Origin: Trueperaceae bacterium
Lineage (GTDB): Bacteria > Deinococcota > Deinococci > Deinococcales > Trueperaceae
Assembly (NCBI GenBank): GCA_965214405.1
Contig: OZ243956.1
Location: 2,272,001 to 2,336,000 of the forward strand
DNA length: 64,000 bases
Direction of reading: 5' to 3'
Positions 18,331-30,311 of the stretch are shown here, one piece after another (the stretch's first letter is position 1; every line of letters starts with the position of its first letter). The translations under genes were made by a program, and so were the position numbers. The notes beneath the pieces are model-generated. The model had not been told where the DNA came from. It was given only the letters and a program-made list of their open reading frames with translations, and made no database searches.

Positions 18331-18337
18331 GTGGAGG

Positions 18338-18360
18338 AGTATACCTTAAAATATAAGGTA
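18338..18360 (-). promoter_or_regulatory. recA -10 box (leaderless-type) overlapped by a palindrome
   Basis: Minus strand TATACT-CCTCCAC-ATG; palindrome TACCTTA-N5-TAAGGTA at 18342-18360. Confidence 0.65.
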
Positions 18361-18460
18361 GTGGATGAGTTTCCTTACATCCTCCCACGGACGCTTTATG
18401 ATAAGGGGCAACCATAAGCCAAATAGGTTTCTGCTAGAGCGACGGATGTGCTTTTCTAAC

Positions 18461-19093
18461 CTAAGGCGACAGCCGCACGATGTCCCACGCGTCATCGCGG
18501 CGGGTGTACCGAAACCTGTCGTGCAGGCGGTTGGGACGGCCCTGCCAGAACTCGAGCACCCGCGGCACCACCAGATACCCGCCCCAGAAGTCGGGCAGCG
18601 GCACCTCACCCTCTTGGTACGTTTCTTCCAGCTCTTTGAGACGCGCCTCGAGCGGCGCGCGGCTCTCCAGCACCCGGCTCTGCTGCGACGCCCACGCCCC
18701 GAGCTGAGACCCGTGCGGGCGGGATTTGAAATAAACCTCCGACGCCTCACGCGAGAGTTTATGGGCTTCTCCTTCGATGCGAACTTGGCGCTCGAGCGCG
18801 TGCCAATAAAAAACGAGCGCCACTTTGGGGTTGTGCTCGAGTTCTCCCCCCTTGCGGCTCTCGTACGAGCTGTAGAACCGAAACCCCTGCGCGTCCACCC
18901 CCTTGAGGAGCACCACGCGCGCGCTCGGCTGACCGTCTTCGCCCACCGTCGCTAAGGTCATCGCGGTGGGCTCGGGCACACCGGCGTCTAGGGCGGCTTG
19001 CAGCCACGCTTCAAATTGGGCGATGGGATCGGCGTCAAGGTTGGCTCTATGCAACTCACCGACGGTGTAGCTTTTGCGGAGGTCTTGAATCAT
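18461..19093 (-). CDS. pdxH: Pyridoxamine 5'-phosphate oxidase
   Basis: DLRKSY, PSARVVLLK, RQVRIEG, YFKSRP.GSQLGAWAS, EFWQGRPNRLHDR; TACAAT 6 nt upstream of ATG 19093. Confidence 0.95.
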   Translation of the reverse strand: MIQDLRKSYTVGELHRANLDADPIAQFEAWLQAALDAGVPEPTAMTLATVGEDGQPSARVVLLKGVDAQGFRFYSSYESRKGGELEHNPKVALVFYWHALERQVRIEGEAHKLSREASEVYFKSRPHGSQLGAWASQQSRVLESRAPLEARLKELEETYQEGEVPLPDFWGGYLVVPRVLEFWQGRPNRLHDRFRYTRRDDAWDIVRLSP

Positions 19094-19260
19094 CGTGACA
19101 TTGTACGGTTTTGGGTGGAGAAGCTTGAAGACCATAACGCCCAAACCCTCCCACACCCCCATGCGGACGACTCTATCGGGCGTAATACAAACGCGGCTCG
19201 AGCCTTCTTTTAGACTTCATTTAGTAGAATGAGTTGAATACTTACACAAAGGAGACACTC

Positions 19261-19569
19261 ATGTCCGACGATACCGACCCCAGAGATTACGGCCACCGCC
19301 CCGAATACATTAGCGACGACGACCAGCGTGAACGCGACGGCATCCACCCGACCGAGTACGACTTGGGGGGTGAGGCGGCGGCGCTGCGCCACGAGCTCGA
19401 GCGCCAGATGGAAAGCCTCATCGAGGACGCTCAAGACTGGCTCCAGAACACGAGCGACCCCGACGCGCAAAGCATCTACAACGCGATGGTCGACCTTTAC
19501 GAGCGTTTGGGGAACTCACCCGAGGAGAGCGAAGCGCCCGCAACGAGCACGGAAGACGTGATGCGGTAG
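19261..19569 (+). CDS. Acidic hypothetical protein
   Basis: RBS AAGGAG, ATG 19261, host-like codon usage. Confidence 0.65.
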   Translation: MSDDTDPRDYGHRPEYISDDDQRERDGIHPTEYDLGGEAAALRHELERQMESLIEDAQDWLQNTSDPDAQSIYNAMVDLYERLGNSPEESEAPATSTEDVMR

Positions 19570-19700
19570 CGCTGAGGTTTGGGTTGAGGAGATAGGGGGG
19601 GTAGGGAATTGGGAAGAACTTCTCTGCTCCCGGTCTTCTCCGCACGCCCTTCAGAATTTGTAGGACGTGTAAAGAACTCGAGACGACAAAGGAATAACAC

Positions 19701-21763
<2,063 letters not shown>

Positions 21764-21767
<4 letters not shown>

Positions 21768-22462
21768 AAACGCTGACTTCGGAGAAGCCCCGCGTGCTGC
21801 CGCTCGAGACCGGCGACCGCCTCACCCGCGCCGAGTTCGAGGAGCGGTACAGCGCCATGCCGCACGTGAAAAAGGCCGAACTCATCGAAGGAGTCGTTTA
21901 CATGCCGTCACCCGTACGTTTTACGACGCACGGTCAACCCCACGGCTATCTCATGGCCTGGTTGGGTGTTTACTGCGCCGCAACGCCCTTTGTAACCTTT
22001 GGTGACAACGCCACAGTCCGGTTGGACGTCGACAATGAGCCTCAGCCGGACGCTCTCTTGCGTCTAGCGGAGGCGGCGGGGGGTACGTCCTCGGTTGATG
22101 AAGACGGCTATATCGCCGGTCCTCCCGAACTCGTCGTGGAAGTGGCCGGTAGCAGCGCCGCCTACGACCTCCACGACAAAAAGAATGCTTTCAGGAGGAA
22201 CGGCGTCCGGGAGTATCTGGTGTGGCAGACGTACAGCGAGCGCGTAGACTGGTTTTTGCTGCGTGAGGGACGTTACCTTTCCCTTTCCGCCGATGACGAG
22301 GGCGTGCTGAAAAGCGCCACCTTTCCGGGCCTTTGGTTGAACGCCAGGGCGTTGCTCGAGGGCGACCTCGCCACGGTGCTTTCTACGTTACAAACGGGTC
22401 TTCAGGAGGAGGCGCATCAGGCTTTTGTTGACAGGCTCGGGGCTCGAGCCAAGTCCGCTTAA
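21764..22462 (+). CDS. Uma2 family endonuclease (paralog of 5645-6352)
   Basis: [44 protein letters not shown]. Confidence 0.9.
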
Positions 22463-22549
22463 TCTCAGAAATCGTTTTTAGCAAGGCCAAATTCACAGTT
22501 TGAGAAAGAGTAAAAAGCCCGTCGCGTGGTGGGTTTTTGTGCGGGACCT

Positions 22550-23284
22550 CTAAGCGGGGACGCTCTGGGCGTGGTCAACTGCCTCGAGCAGCAGCGCGAA
22601 AGGAACATGCTGTTCGGGGTACTCCTGAAAACTCATCTCCGGGTGCCACTGCACGCCCAGCACGAACGAATCGCCCGTCCCCTCGACTGCCTCGACCACG
22701 CCGTCGCTTGCGCGCGCGGTGACGCGTAAGTTCGCCCCCAGCGTCGCCACCGCCTGGTGATGATACGAATTGCAGCGCGTCGAGGTCGCTTTATAAGCTG
22801 CGGCCAAGCGGGAGCCGGGCTCGAGCCCGACCGTATGCGAGGGTGCCCCGCCGATGTTGTGCTGGTCGTGCTGGATGGTGTTTTCCAGCGCCGGGAGGTG
22901 CTGGTGCAGCGTGCCGCCCTCGGCTACGTTGATGAGTTGGATGCCGCGGCAGACGCCCAGTATGGGCAGCCCGCGCGCCTTGGCGGCGCGGTACAAGGCC
23001 AACTCAAAGGCGTCACGCTGCACGTCCACGAAACCCAACTGCGGGTGCGGCTCCGCGCCGAAAAAGCCGGGGTCAAGGTCCACGCCGCCCGTAAAGAGCA
23101 CGCCGTCCGCCGCCGCCGCGTACGGCCCGGCGAGCGCGGGGTCAAGGTTGCTAACCAGCAGCGGCAGGCCGCCCGCCAGCACCACGGCTTCGGAGTAGTT
23201 GAGGCCGGTGAGCGAATCCGTGCGGCGTAAGGAGGTGCTGCGGGGGCTCGAGGAAGTGGTCACCAAAATGCGTGGACGCGTCAT
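22550..23284 (-). CDS. Gamma-glutamyl-GABA hydrolase family (peptidase C26)
   Basis: FTGGVDLDP, LGVCRGIQLINVA.GG, NSYHHQAV, GVQWHPE. Confidence 0.9.
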   Translation of the reverse strand: MTRPRILVTTSSSPRSTSLRRTDSLTGLNYSEAVVLAGGLPLLVSNLDPALAGPYAAAADGVLFTGGVDLDPGFFGAEPHPQLGFVDVQRDAFELALYRAAKARGLPILGVCRGIQLINVAEGGTLHQHLPALENTIQHDQHNIGGAPSHTVGLEPGSRLAAAYKATSTRCNSYHHQAVATLGANLRVTARASDGVVEAVEGTGDSFVLGVQWHPEMSFQEYPEQHVPFALLLEAVDHAQSVPA

Positions 23285-23358
23285 GCCCAGAGCCTAGCAG
23301 GTTTGGGGGGAGCCGCGCGTGCGCTCCTTTACGTCCTGTTCAAGTTCATACGCGCGTC

Positions 23359-24183
23359 TCACGCACGAGCCCACCACTCGAGCGCTACCTGACGCTCGGC
23401 GGGCTCAAAGCCGACCGACTCGTAAAGTTTGGCCGCGTGGTAGTCCTCGTCGGCCACCATCACGAGCGTGCCCACTCCCTCCTCCAAAGCCTCGCGCGCG
23501 ACTTCGTAGACCAACCTGCCGCAGAGGCCGCGCCGCCGGAAGTCGGGGTGCGTTTCGACCGACTGAAAGCGGCCCACTGTTCTACTGGCTGCGTGACCGT
23601 CAAAGAAGAGCCCCAAACCGGCGACGAGCCGCCCCTCCAAAAAAGCGCCGTGCCAGTCTCCCAACCCCGCGCGACTCATGGCGCGGTTCTCGGCCAAGCG
23701 GCGCGTGAGATAGGCGCGGTGCGACGCCTCTTCAAACTGTGCGTTGCGGCACGCGACACCAAGCTCGAGCGCCGCCTCCCAATCTTCATCGCTCTCGAGC
23801 CGCCGCACCTCCGCCGCCTCGTTGCATCTGGGAGGTTTGCTCACCGCCCGGGCGGTCAAGACGACCTCACGCGAGAGGCTGAAGCCGCGTTCCAGAAACT
23901 CCGCCACCTTGCCCGTTTCGCCGTTCACAGTGTCCCAGCCAAAAACCATGTGGTTGACGGTGGGCGGCTCGCCAATCTCTTTGCGAAACAGGTTTATCCA
24001 GCGTTCTGCGTCCCCCGCGCCGGGCGGACTTGCGAAAAGGAGGAAGTTGCCCCACCAGTAGGATGGATTTGAGGGGGTACGCACCACGAGATAGTCATCA
24101 AGATGATCGTCGCGGTGAGTTACCTCACCGGAAAAAGAGGCGAAAACGAGGTCGGTGCGGTAGCCGAGCGAGGTGACGTTCAC
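23359..24183 (-). CDS. GNAT family N-acetyltransferase
   Basis: SLGYRTDL, VVRTPSNPSYWWGNFL, RFQSVETHPDFRRRGLC, LYESVGF; start GTG 24183 inferred. Confidence 0.85.
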   Translation of the reverse strand: MNVTSLGYRTDLVFASFSGEVTHRDDHLDDYLVVRTPSNPSYWWGNFLLFASPPGAGDAERWINLFRKEIGEPPTVNHMVFGWDTVNGETGKVAEFLERGFSLSREVVLTARAVSKPPRCNEAAEVRRLESDEDWEAALELGVACRNAQFEEASHRAYLTRRLAENRAMSRAGLGDWHGAFLEGRLVAGLGLFFDGHAASRTVGRFQSVETHPDFRRRGLCGRLVYEVAREALEEGVGTLVMVADEDYHAAKLYESVGFEPAERQVALEWWARA

Positions 24184-24402
24184 AAGTTTCTCCGGGGGCC
24201 AGCATAACAAACGAATCCGTCGGCCCCTCTCGGGTTTGCTTGCGGTACAATCCGGCGGGGGAACGGCTGACCCAACCCTCACGAAACGGTGGCGAACTTT
24301 GAGAAGTCTGGTTCCGGAGGCGCAAAGCGACGGCCGACCTTGAAGTATAGAAAAAGTATAAGACTTTAGAATACCAAGAGGTCATGAGGAGTTTTATGAA
24401 AG

Positions 24403-26226
24403 ATGAAGCCTTTGCTTAGGGTCTATAGACGGCGTGTGGGGTCCATTTGGGTTCTTTACTTTGCGTTCCTGACGTTCATTTATCTGCTGCCGCTCTGGCT
24501 GTTCACTTACTTTCCGACCGCGGACGGCCCCGTTCACTTGGGCTCTGCCGCCGTTCTGAAAGAGCTCGCGCAGGGTGACGCGCCTTTTTTGAGTACCTTT
24601 TTCTATCCGCAGTGGAGTTTTGCGACCAACCAGCTCTATCACGGGCTGCTGGTCTCTTTAGGCTCTCTAATGCCGTTTTTGACCGCTGAAAAGCTCATCT
24701 TGAGTTTTTACGTCGTCATGCTGCCCTTAGCAACTCTGTTCGCCGTCAGGCGTCTGCGGGGCGAGGCGCTGGCCGTTTTCCTGGTTTTTCCTTTCATCTA
24801 CTCCTACATCGTGCTGTTGGGGCTCTACAACCTCGCGTTGGGGCTCGTTGTTTTTATGTTCACCGTGGGGGTTTATCTCTCGCTAGCGCGGCGGCCGACG
24901 CTGGCGAAGGGCGTTCTTCTGGCCTCCCTCTTGCTCTTGGCATATTTCGTTCACGTGATCGCGGCGGCGAGCGCGCTTCTCTCTATCGGCGTGATGGCGG
25001 TCTTTAAGCTTCTGGCTTCTCTTTTGGGGTGGGAACCCGTGAGTCGGGGGGTTGCTCGAGGAGACGCACGTCCGGCCCGGCGCGGGGTGAACGCAAAACC
25101 TATCCATCTCTTTGGCGGCACCCTGCTCACCTTTGTGCCCGTGGTAGCGCTTATCGGCATCTTTTTCTTAACGACGGGTCAGGATTCGGCCTCGGACGCG
25201 TCTTTATCCAACTTTGTGGGCGTGCCGACCATGATTCGCACCTTTCTGACGCAGCCCTCGTCGCCCTTAGCGGTCGGTAGGCGCATCCTGACGACCTACA
25301 CCTACACGGACGTGTTCGTGACGGCCCCCTGGAATTTGCTGCTGCTGGTGCTCGCGGGAGGAGCGCTCTACCGCACCTTTACCCGTTCAACCGGGCGGCG
25401 CGAGCGCGGCTTTGGCAATGTTGTGCTTCCGGCGGTTATTGTGTTCGCGTTTATCGTGGTGTGGTCGCCGCGCAGGCTGGGCGAGGTAGGGCTCCTGACG
25501 GAGCGCTTTTTGCCCTTTTTGTACCTTTTGTTCGTGCTGTGGCTCTCGAGCAAACCCCTCACCCCGCGCCTGTGGCGTCACACGGCGCTGTTGGGTTTCG
25601 CCTTTGCCGCCGCGAGCTTGTTTTACCACCTGCCCGTTTTTGCTATGTTCAACCACGACCTCAAGGAGTACGTGTCGGCGGCGGAGAGTATTAGAGACGA
25701 CTCGACGGTGCTGGCGGTTCCTCTTAACAACTACGACCGGAACGCGAGTTTGGAAAACGGTCTTAACGAGATGTATCCGGAACTGCGCCTAAGCCCTTTT
25801 ATCGGCGCAACGGGCTATATCGCCCTGGAGCGCACCATCGCCGACCTGCGTAACTACCAGGCGCGCAAAGACTACTTCCCGCTGCGCCTACGCCCCGAGC
25901 TGAGTTCCGACCTCTATTTAACCTCCGAAAACGCTGAGGAAAAAACCAGCGAGGGCTTGAGCCACCTCGATTATCCGCCCTTCAGCATCGACCTCTCAAG
26001 ATATGAAGCCGAAACGGGCTGCACCGTTGACTACGTGCTCTTTTGGGGACCCTTCGAGGCCTATGAGGGGGAAATAGCGCCGATCCTCGAGCAGTTGCAG
26101 CCCAACTACACCCTCACCTATATTTCTAAGCCGCGCGGCCTCATGCGCGTGTACGAGCGGCAGGGGGAGAGGCGTCCGGCGGACGCGCCTTGTACGCCGA
26201 CCGAGCAGCCTGTTGCGACGCCCTAG
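24403..26226 (+). CDS. Polytopic membrane protein, possibly a GT-C-fold glycosyltransferase
   Basis: More than 10 hydrophobic segments, FPTADGPVH motif after TM1, soluble C-terminal domain; function inferred. Confidence 0.65.
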   Translation: MKPLLRVYRRRVGSIWVLYFAFLTFIYLLPLWLFTYFPTADGPVHLGSAAVLKELAQGDAPFLSTFFYPQWSFATNQLYHGLLVSLGSLMPFLTAEKLILSFYVVMLPLATLFAVRRLRGEALAVFLVFPFIYSYIVLLGLYNLALGLVVFMFTVGVYLSLARRPTLAKGVLLASLLLLAYFVHVIAAASALLSIGVMAVFKLLASLLGWEPVSRGVARGDARPARRGVNAKPIHLFGGTLLTFVPVVALIGIFFLTTGQDSASDASLSNFVGVPTMIRTFLTQPSSPLAVGRRILTTYTYTDVFVTAPWNLLLLVLAGGALYRTFTRSTGRRERGFGNVVLPAVIVFAFIVVWSPRRLGEVGLLTERFLPFLYLLFVLWLSSKPLTPRLWRHTALLGFAFAAASLFYHLPVFAMFNHDLKEYVSAAESIRDDSTVLAVPLNNYDRNASLENGLNEMYPELRLSPFIGATGYIALERTIADLRNYQARKDYFPLRLRPELSSDLYLTSENAEEKTSEGLSHLDYPPFSIDLSRYEAETGCTVDYVLFWGPFEAYEGEIAPILEQLQPNYTLTYISKPRGLMRVYERQGERRPADAPCTPTEQPVATP

Positions 26227-26461
26227 GAGGGTCCAAGGCCAATCTCGAGACGTCTGGTCCAGCGTTACAACCCAGCAGAAGCAAAACAGTCTCGGTAATC
26301 CAAGCTATGATGTCGTGGCGCGGGTGCAAATCCAGCTTCGTTGTGGCAGCGAAGCGTTCAGGGGGTCGTCTGAGAAGGGGCTCGAGTCTCTGGGCCTCTC
26401 GTTTAGCGATGACGCATCGCTGCATCTGCTTATTGACAGACCGTTAGGCTGGGTCTCGTTA

Positions 26462-27665
26462 CAGGGCTGACGCATCTTAATCGGGGATGAGGCCCCTGAG
26501 GATGCGCGCACGAAAGGCGTCATCCCAAGCAGCCCTTTTGCGCTTGCCTTTGAGCGAGCCTTCAGAACCCTCTTGTCTAAGCAGGTTTAAGGCAAACTGT
26601 CTCAAGACGGACATGTTTTCCGCACCACGGCGGTCTGTATAGGAGTGAGCATCCTCAGCAAAAACAACGTCCAAGGTCCAATGCAGTTTGTTTTCGACCC
26701 CCCAATGAGCACGAACGGTTGCTAAGAGCTTTTCAGCATCAGCCTTAAAGCTGCACAAGTAGTAGCGCGCTTCTTTAGTGGTTTGGCCTTTGAGGGTACG
26801 TTTTGAAGTAACTTTGGCGACACTTTCCAGTCCAGGCCATTGATGAGCCTCTAGGTAAGCGAGTTCAGATGAGTCGGCTAAGACGGTGCAGCGCCTAAGC
26901 TCGTCACGCCCGCGGCTACGCTCATGGGTCTCGAAGGAGTTGCTGAAAAGCTCAGCATCAACATTTTCAAACAGCCACACGACATCTTCATGGAGCTTGG
27001 GGTGGTTTTGTTTGAGCGCCATGATGTACTCGGCTTTATGTTCTTTGACTTTGACGGCGATAGCACGCTGCGTGTTAAGCGCGTCCACGCTCACGGTGCA
27101 GCCTGCTAAGCTAAGCAGCGACAGCGTGTCGAGCAAGTCTGGCATACAGCTAATCTCACTACTCTTGCCGTCTACTGCTGTTGATGTTAAACATAGACCG
27201 TGCGCGTGTGACCAAACGTTAAGCATGTGTACAGCCCTGACATGTTCGCTTACCGAACCGCGTAGCTGCTTGCCGTCAATCGCCAGCACATCCTCGGCGC
27301 TGAGGCGACCACCTATGGCTGCTCGCACCCAAGAGAGCGCGCAACTCTGGAACTGGGCAGGGTCCAGTAGCGAAAACACTCTGTCGAACGTGTCGTGTGA
27401 GGGGATGCCGTTCTTCAACTCAAGAAACCCCTCCAGCCACTCCCTTTTCGTCCCTCCAAACGTCTCTATCTCATAAAAGCTATCCGCCCCCGCCAGCACC
27501 GCGCTTAATGCTACAGCCACGATGCTAACCAGCGAATGCTGTTTGCTCCTTTCTATTCTCGGATCCGGCAAGGCTGCAAAGTGCAAAACTGCTAAGCGTA
27601 ACTGCTCCGTTGCTAGCTCTTCATCCATTCCAGAAGCTTAGCCCCTTTTTGATGCGTCAGCCCTG
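26462..27665 (-). mobile_element. ISAs1-family insertion sequence
   Basis: IRs CAGGGCTGACGCATC / GATGCGTCAGCCCTG; 10-bp target duplication GGTCTCGTTA at 26452-26461 and 27666-27675. Confidence 0.95.
26477..27628 (-). CDS. ISAs1 transposase
   Basis: LPDPR, GIPSHDTF, AIDGK.LRGS, DALNTQ, LKQNHP, RAHWGVENKLHWTLDVVFAED. Confidence 0.95.
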   Translation of the reverse strand: MDEELATEQLRLAVLHFAALPDPRIERSKQHSLVSIVAVALSAVLAGADSFYEIETFGGTKREWLEGFLELKNGIPSHDTFDRVFSLLDPAQFQSCALSWVRAAIGGRLSAEDVLAIDGKQLRGSVSEHVRAVHMLNVWSHAHGLCLTSTAVDGKSSEISCMPDLLDTLSLLSLAGCTVSVDALNTQRAIAVKVKEHKAEYIMALKQNHPKLHEDVVWLFENVDAELFSNSFETHERSRGRDELRRCTVLADSSELAYLEAHQWPGLESVAKVTSKRTLKGQTTKEARYYLCSFKADAEKLLATVRAHWGVENKLHWTLDVVFAEDAHSYTDRRGAENMSVLRQFALNLLRQEGSEGSLKGKRKRAAWDDAFRARILRGLIPD

Positions 27666-27701
27666 GGTCTCGTTAGGCTATCCCGACGTAGACCACACCC
27701 C

Positions 27702-27730
27702 TTGTGTTATGACAGTTCGCTGGATATAAT
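27702..27730 (+). promoter_or_regulatory. Sigma70-type promoter for the tRNA gene
   Basis: TTGTGT-N17-TATAAT. Confidence 0.55.
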
Positions 27731-27809
27731 CACGTGCTAGGATCCGGTCGGCGGCGTTATAGCTCAGGCCGCCAAAATGTGCTGGGTGTTGTATAAGAGC
27801 GTAGTGCGC

Positions 27810-27886
27810 GGCGATGTAGCTCAGCCGGTTAGAGCACACGACTCATAATCGTGGGGTCGGCGGTTCAAGTCCGCCCATCGCTACCA
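27810..27886 (+). tRNA. tRNA-Met (CAT), probably elongator; Ile2 not excluded
   Basis: GGCGATG TAGCTCAGCCGGTTAGAGC ACACGA CTCATAA TCGTG GGGTC GGCGG TTCAAGT CCGCC CATCGCT A CCA. Confidence 0.95.
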
Positions 27887-27911
27887 AGCTTGCGCGAAAA
27901 CACATTTTGGG

Positions 27912-27943
27912 AAAAGGACACGTTTCAGAGCGTGTCCTTTTTT
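27912..27943 (+). terminator. Intrinsic terminator after the tRNA (possibly bidirectional)
   Basis: AAAAGGACACG-tttcagag-CGTGTCCTTTTTT. Confidence 0.85.
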
Positions 27944-27978
27944 GCTGTTCAACAGGTTGCGAAAGATCTCTCGAGCCC

Positions 27979-28794
27979 CTACCTTTCCCAATCCGGGCTG
28001 CTGTCCGGGTCCACCATCCGCTCGCCCTTATTGAGGTTGGAAATCTCCTGCATCTCGTCGTCGCTCAGTTCAAAATCGAAAATATCAAAGTTGCTCTCGC
28101 GGTGTTCGGCGCTCGAGGCTTTGGGAATCGCCGCCACCTGCTCTTGCTGTACGAGCCAGCGCAGCGTGACCTGAACGGCGTTCTTGCCGTGGCGCTCGCC
28201 AATTTTGCTTAGCGTCTCGTCGTCCATCACTTCGCCTTGCGCGACCGGGCTATAAGCGGTGAGCATATAATCCCGTTCGCGCGCCTGGGCACGGAGCTTG
28301 TCTTGTGACAAGTACGGGTGATACTCCACCTGATTGCAGAACACGGGCGCCATCCCGAACGCCTCCTCGACCAGCGAGGGCGTAAAGTTGCTCACGCCGA
28401 TGTGCTTGACCGCGCCGCCACGCTGAAGCTCCAAAAGCGCCCCCAGCGTCTCCTCCAAGGGCACGTCCGGGTTGGGCCAATGTAGCAGGAGCAGGTCGAC
28501 GTAGTCGGTGCCGAGCTTGTTTAAGCTTTCGCGGGTTGAGGAGAGGGCTTTGTCATGGGTAAAGTTGTCCGGTTTCACCTTGGTGGTTAAAAAGATGTCG
28601 CCCCTCGAGAGAGCCGACTTCTTGATTCCCTCGCCCACCCTCTCCTCGTTGTCGTAGCCCTGCGCGGTGTCGATATGCCGGTAACCGAGCGAAAGCGCGT
28701 GCGCGACCCCTTCGGTGCATTCTTCGCCCTCGAGCTGCCACGTGCCAAAGCCGAGCGCCGGGACTTTTTCGTTTTGAACGTTGACGTAAATCAT
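27979..28794 (-). CDS. Aldo/keto reductase
   Basis: PALGFGTW, GYRHIDTAQGYDNE, YVDLLLLHWP, IGVSNF, NQVEYHPY. Confidence 0.93.
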   Translation of the reverse strand: MIYVNVQNEKVPALGFGTWQLEGEECTEGVAHALSLGYRHIDTAQGYDNEERVGEGIKKSALSRGDIFLTTKVKPDNFTHDKALSSTRESLNKLGTDYVDLLLLHWPNPDVPLEETLGALLELQRGGAVKHIGVSNFTPSLVEEAFGMAPVFCNQVEYHPYLSQDKLRAQARERDYMLTAYSPVAQGEVMDDETLSKIGERHGKNAVQVTLRWLVQQEQVAAIPKASSAEHRESNFDIFDFELSDDEMQEISNLNKGERMVDPDSSPDWER

Positions 28795-28935
28795 CGGGTT
28801 CCTTTCCGTTTCGCGTGCTGTTTCTTGGGTTAATAAGGTTCGCTCACTTACGCCACCATAAAAAGGAAAAGGCGGAAACACTGCGAGAGAGGGCGCAGTT
28901 CCAGAAAGCAGAACAAGCCAGCCTGCGGCGCGTAG

Positions 28936-29367
28936 TCAAGCTGCGCTCAACGCTTCAATGACTTGAACAACATCATTTACCCAATATTTAAGTTCACTGC
29001 AAGACGTTGAAAAGGATAGGTCAGGGGCTACACCAAAGTAGATGTCCGACAGTAAAAGCTGCCTGGCTAAAGCTGAAATCAAGGCGGTTTTGGCCTCTTT
29101 ACGCTCGAGGCTGTTAGGTACTCCAAAAGCTAGCACACGCATAGGGTCGCTCAGGCTGAGACCTTGCTTCTCAAGGTTCACACCAACCGTACGTGCATTT
29201 TCATCCGAGGCGTGCAGATGCAACTCAGCCCGCGCAACGGGGTGCATCCAAGTGGCTCCCACATAAAAAGTTCGGGAATCCAAATTTCGAAACCAGCAGT
29301 AAATACACTGCTTCTCGAGAGTGACGTGGCCCTTCTCGATTTTAAGAACGGACGGTTTGATACTCAT
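28936..29367 (-). CDS. Hypothetical protein with a GIY-YIG-like motif
   Basis: CIYCW...FYVGAT...ARAELHL; AT-richer; TAAACT 6 nt upstream of ATG. Confidence 0.6.
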   Translation of the reverse strand: MSIKPSVLKIEKGHVTLEKQCIYCWFRNLDSRTFYVGATWMHPVARAELHLHASDENARTVGVNLEKQGLSLSDPMRVLAFGVPNSLERKEAKTALISALARQLLLSDIYFGVAPDLSFSTSCSELKYWVNDVVQVIEALSAA

Positions 29368-29450
29368 CGGCAGAGTTTAACTCGAGCCCCAAGCGGCGAG
29401 ACCCCACGCTTTCCCCTGCACTTTTCTCTCTCAACCATGTAAACTGCCCT

Positions 29451-30248
29451 ATGCCAAAGGACCAGACAATTTTGGGTATCGACATCGGCGGCTCGGGCAT
29501 TAAAGCTGCCCCTGTAGACGTTGACAAGGGCCAACTCGCCAAGGAACGCAACCGTATCAAGACGCCTCAACCGTCGCACCCGGAGGCGGTGGCGAAGGTG
29601 GTCGCCAAACTCGTAAAGCACTTTGACTATGAAGGGCCGGTGGGCTGCACCTTCCCGGCGGTGGTGCGGCGCGGGGTCACCTTGTCGGCGGCGAACGTGG
29701 ACAAAGCTTGGATTGGCAAGGACGCCGCCGCGCTTTTTACGGAGGCAACGGGAAGGTCCTTCGTGGTGCTCAACGACGCCGACGCCGCCGGGGTCGCCGA
29801 GATGAAATTCGGCGCGGGTCGGGAGGCGGAGGGCGTGGTGTTCGTGCTCACCTTTGGCACGGGCATCGGCAGCGCACTTTTTATGGACGGAAAGCTCGTG
29901 CCCAACACCGAGCTGGGCCACTTGGAACTCGACGGGCGGGAGGTCGAACCCTGGGCCGCGGACCGGGCGCGCAAGGATGAAGATTTGAGTTGGAAAAAGT
30001 GGGCAAAAAGGGTGAATACGTATCTCGAGCACTTAGAGTTCCTCTTCTCCCCCGATCTGTTCATCTTAGGCGGCGGCGTGAGCAAAAAGAGCGATAAATT
30101 TCTGCCCTACCTGAATACCAAAAGCCCTGTCGTCCCCGCGGAACTTTTGAACGAAGCGGGCATCGTGGGTGCGGCGCTCGTCGCCAAAGACCATGCCAAA
30201 GAAGACTATGCCAAAGAAGACCCCGCCAAAGAGCACGCGCAACCCTGA
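29451..30248 (+). CDS. ppgK: Polyphosphate glucokinase (ROK family)
   Basis: [54 protein letters not shown]. Confidence 0.92.
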   Translation: MPKDQTILGIDIGGSGIKAAPVDVDKGQLAKERNRIKTPQPSHPEAVAKVVAKLVKHFDYEGPVGCTFPAVVRRGVTLSAANVDKAWIGKDAAALFTEATGRSFVVLNDADAAGVAEMKFGAGREAEGVVFVLTFGTGIGSALFMDGKLVPNTELGHLELDGREVEPWAADRARKDEDLSWKKWAKRVNTYLEHLEFLFSPDLFILGGGVSKKSDKFLPYLNTKSPVVPAELLNEAGIVGAALVAKDHAKEDYAKEDPAKEHAQP

Positions 30249-30311
30249 CGACGCCTGCTGAGGTGTGACATAGTGTCTGTAGTTTGACGGGGCGGGTGGC
30301 GGTAAAGGAGC

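Noticed and set aside
24205..24345. c-di-GMP-I or c-di-AMP riboswitch (GGCGAAC...GGCGCAAAGC; CGAATCCGTCGGC)
   Set aside because: Only short motif fragments match; the stems do not pair properly and the order is wrong for ydaO. An Rfam scan would settle it.
26141..26470. Small ORFs between the membrane protein gene and ISAs1
   Set aside because: No recognisable family, RBS or consistent frame; they overlap each other and the upstream gene end.
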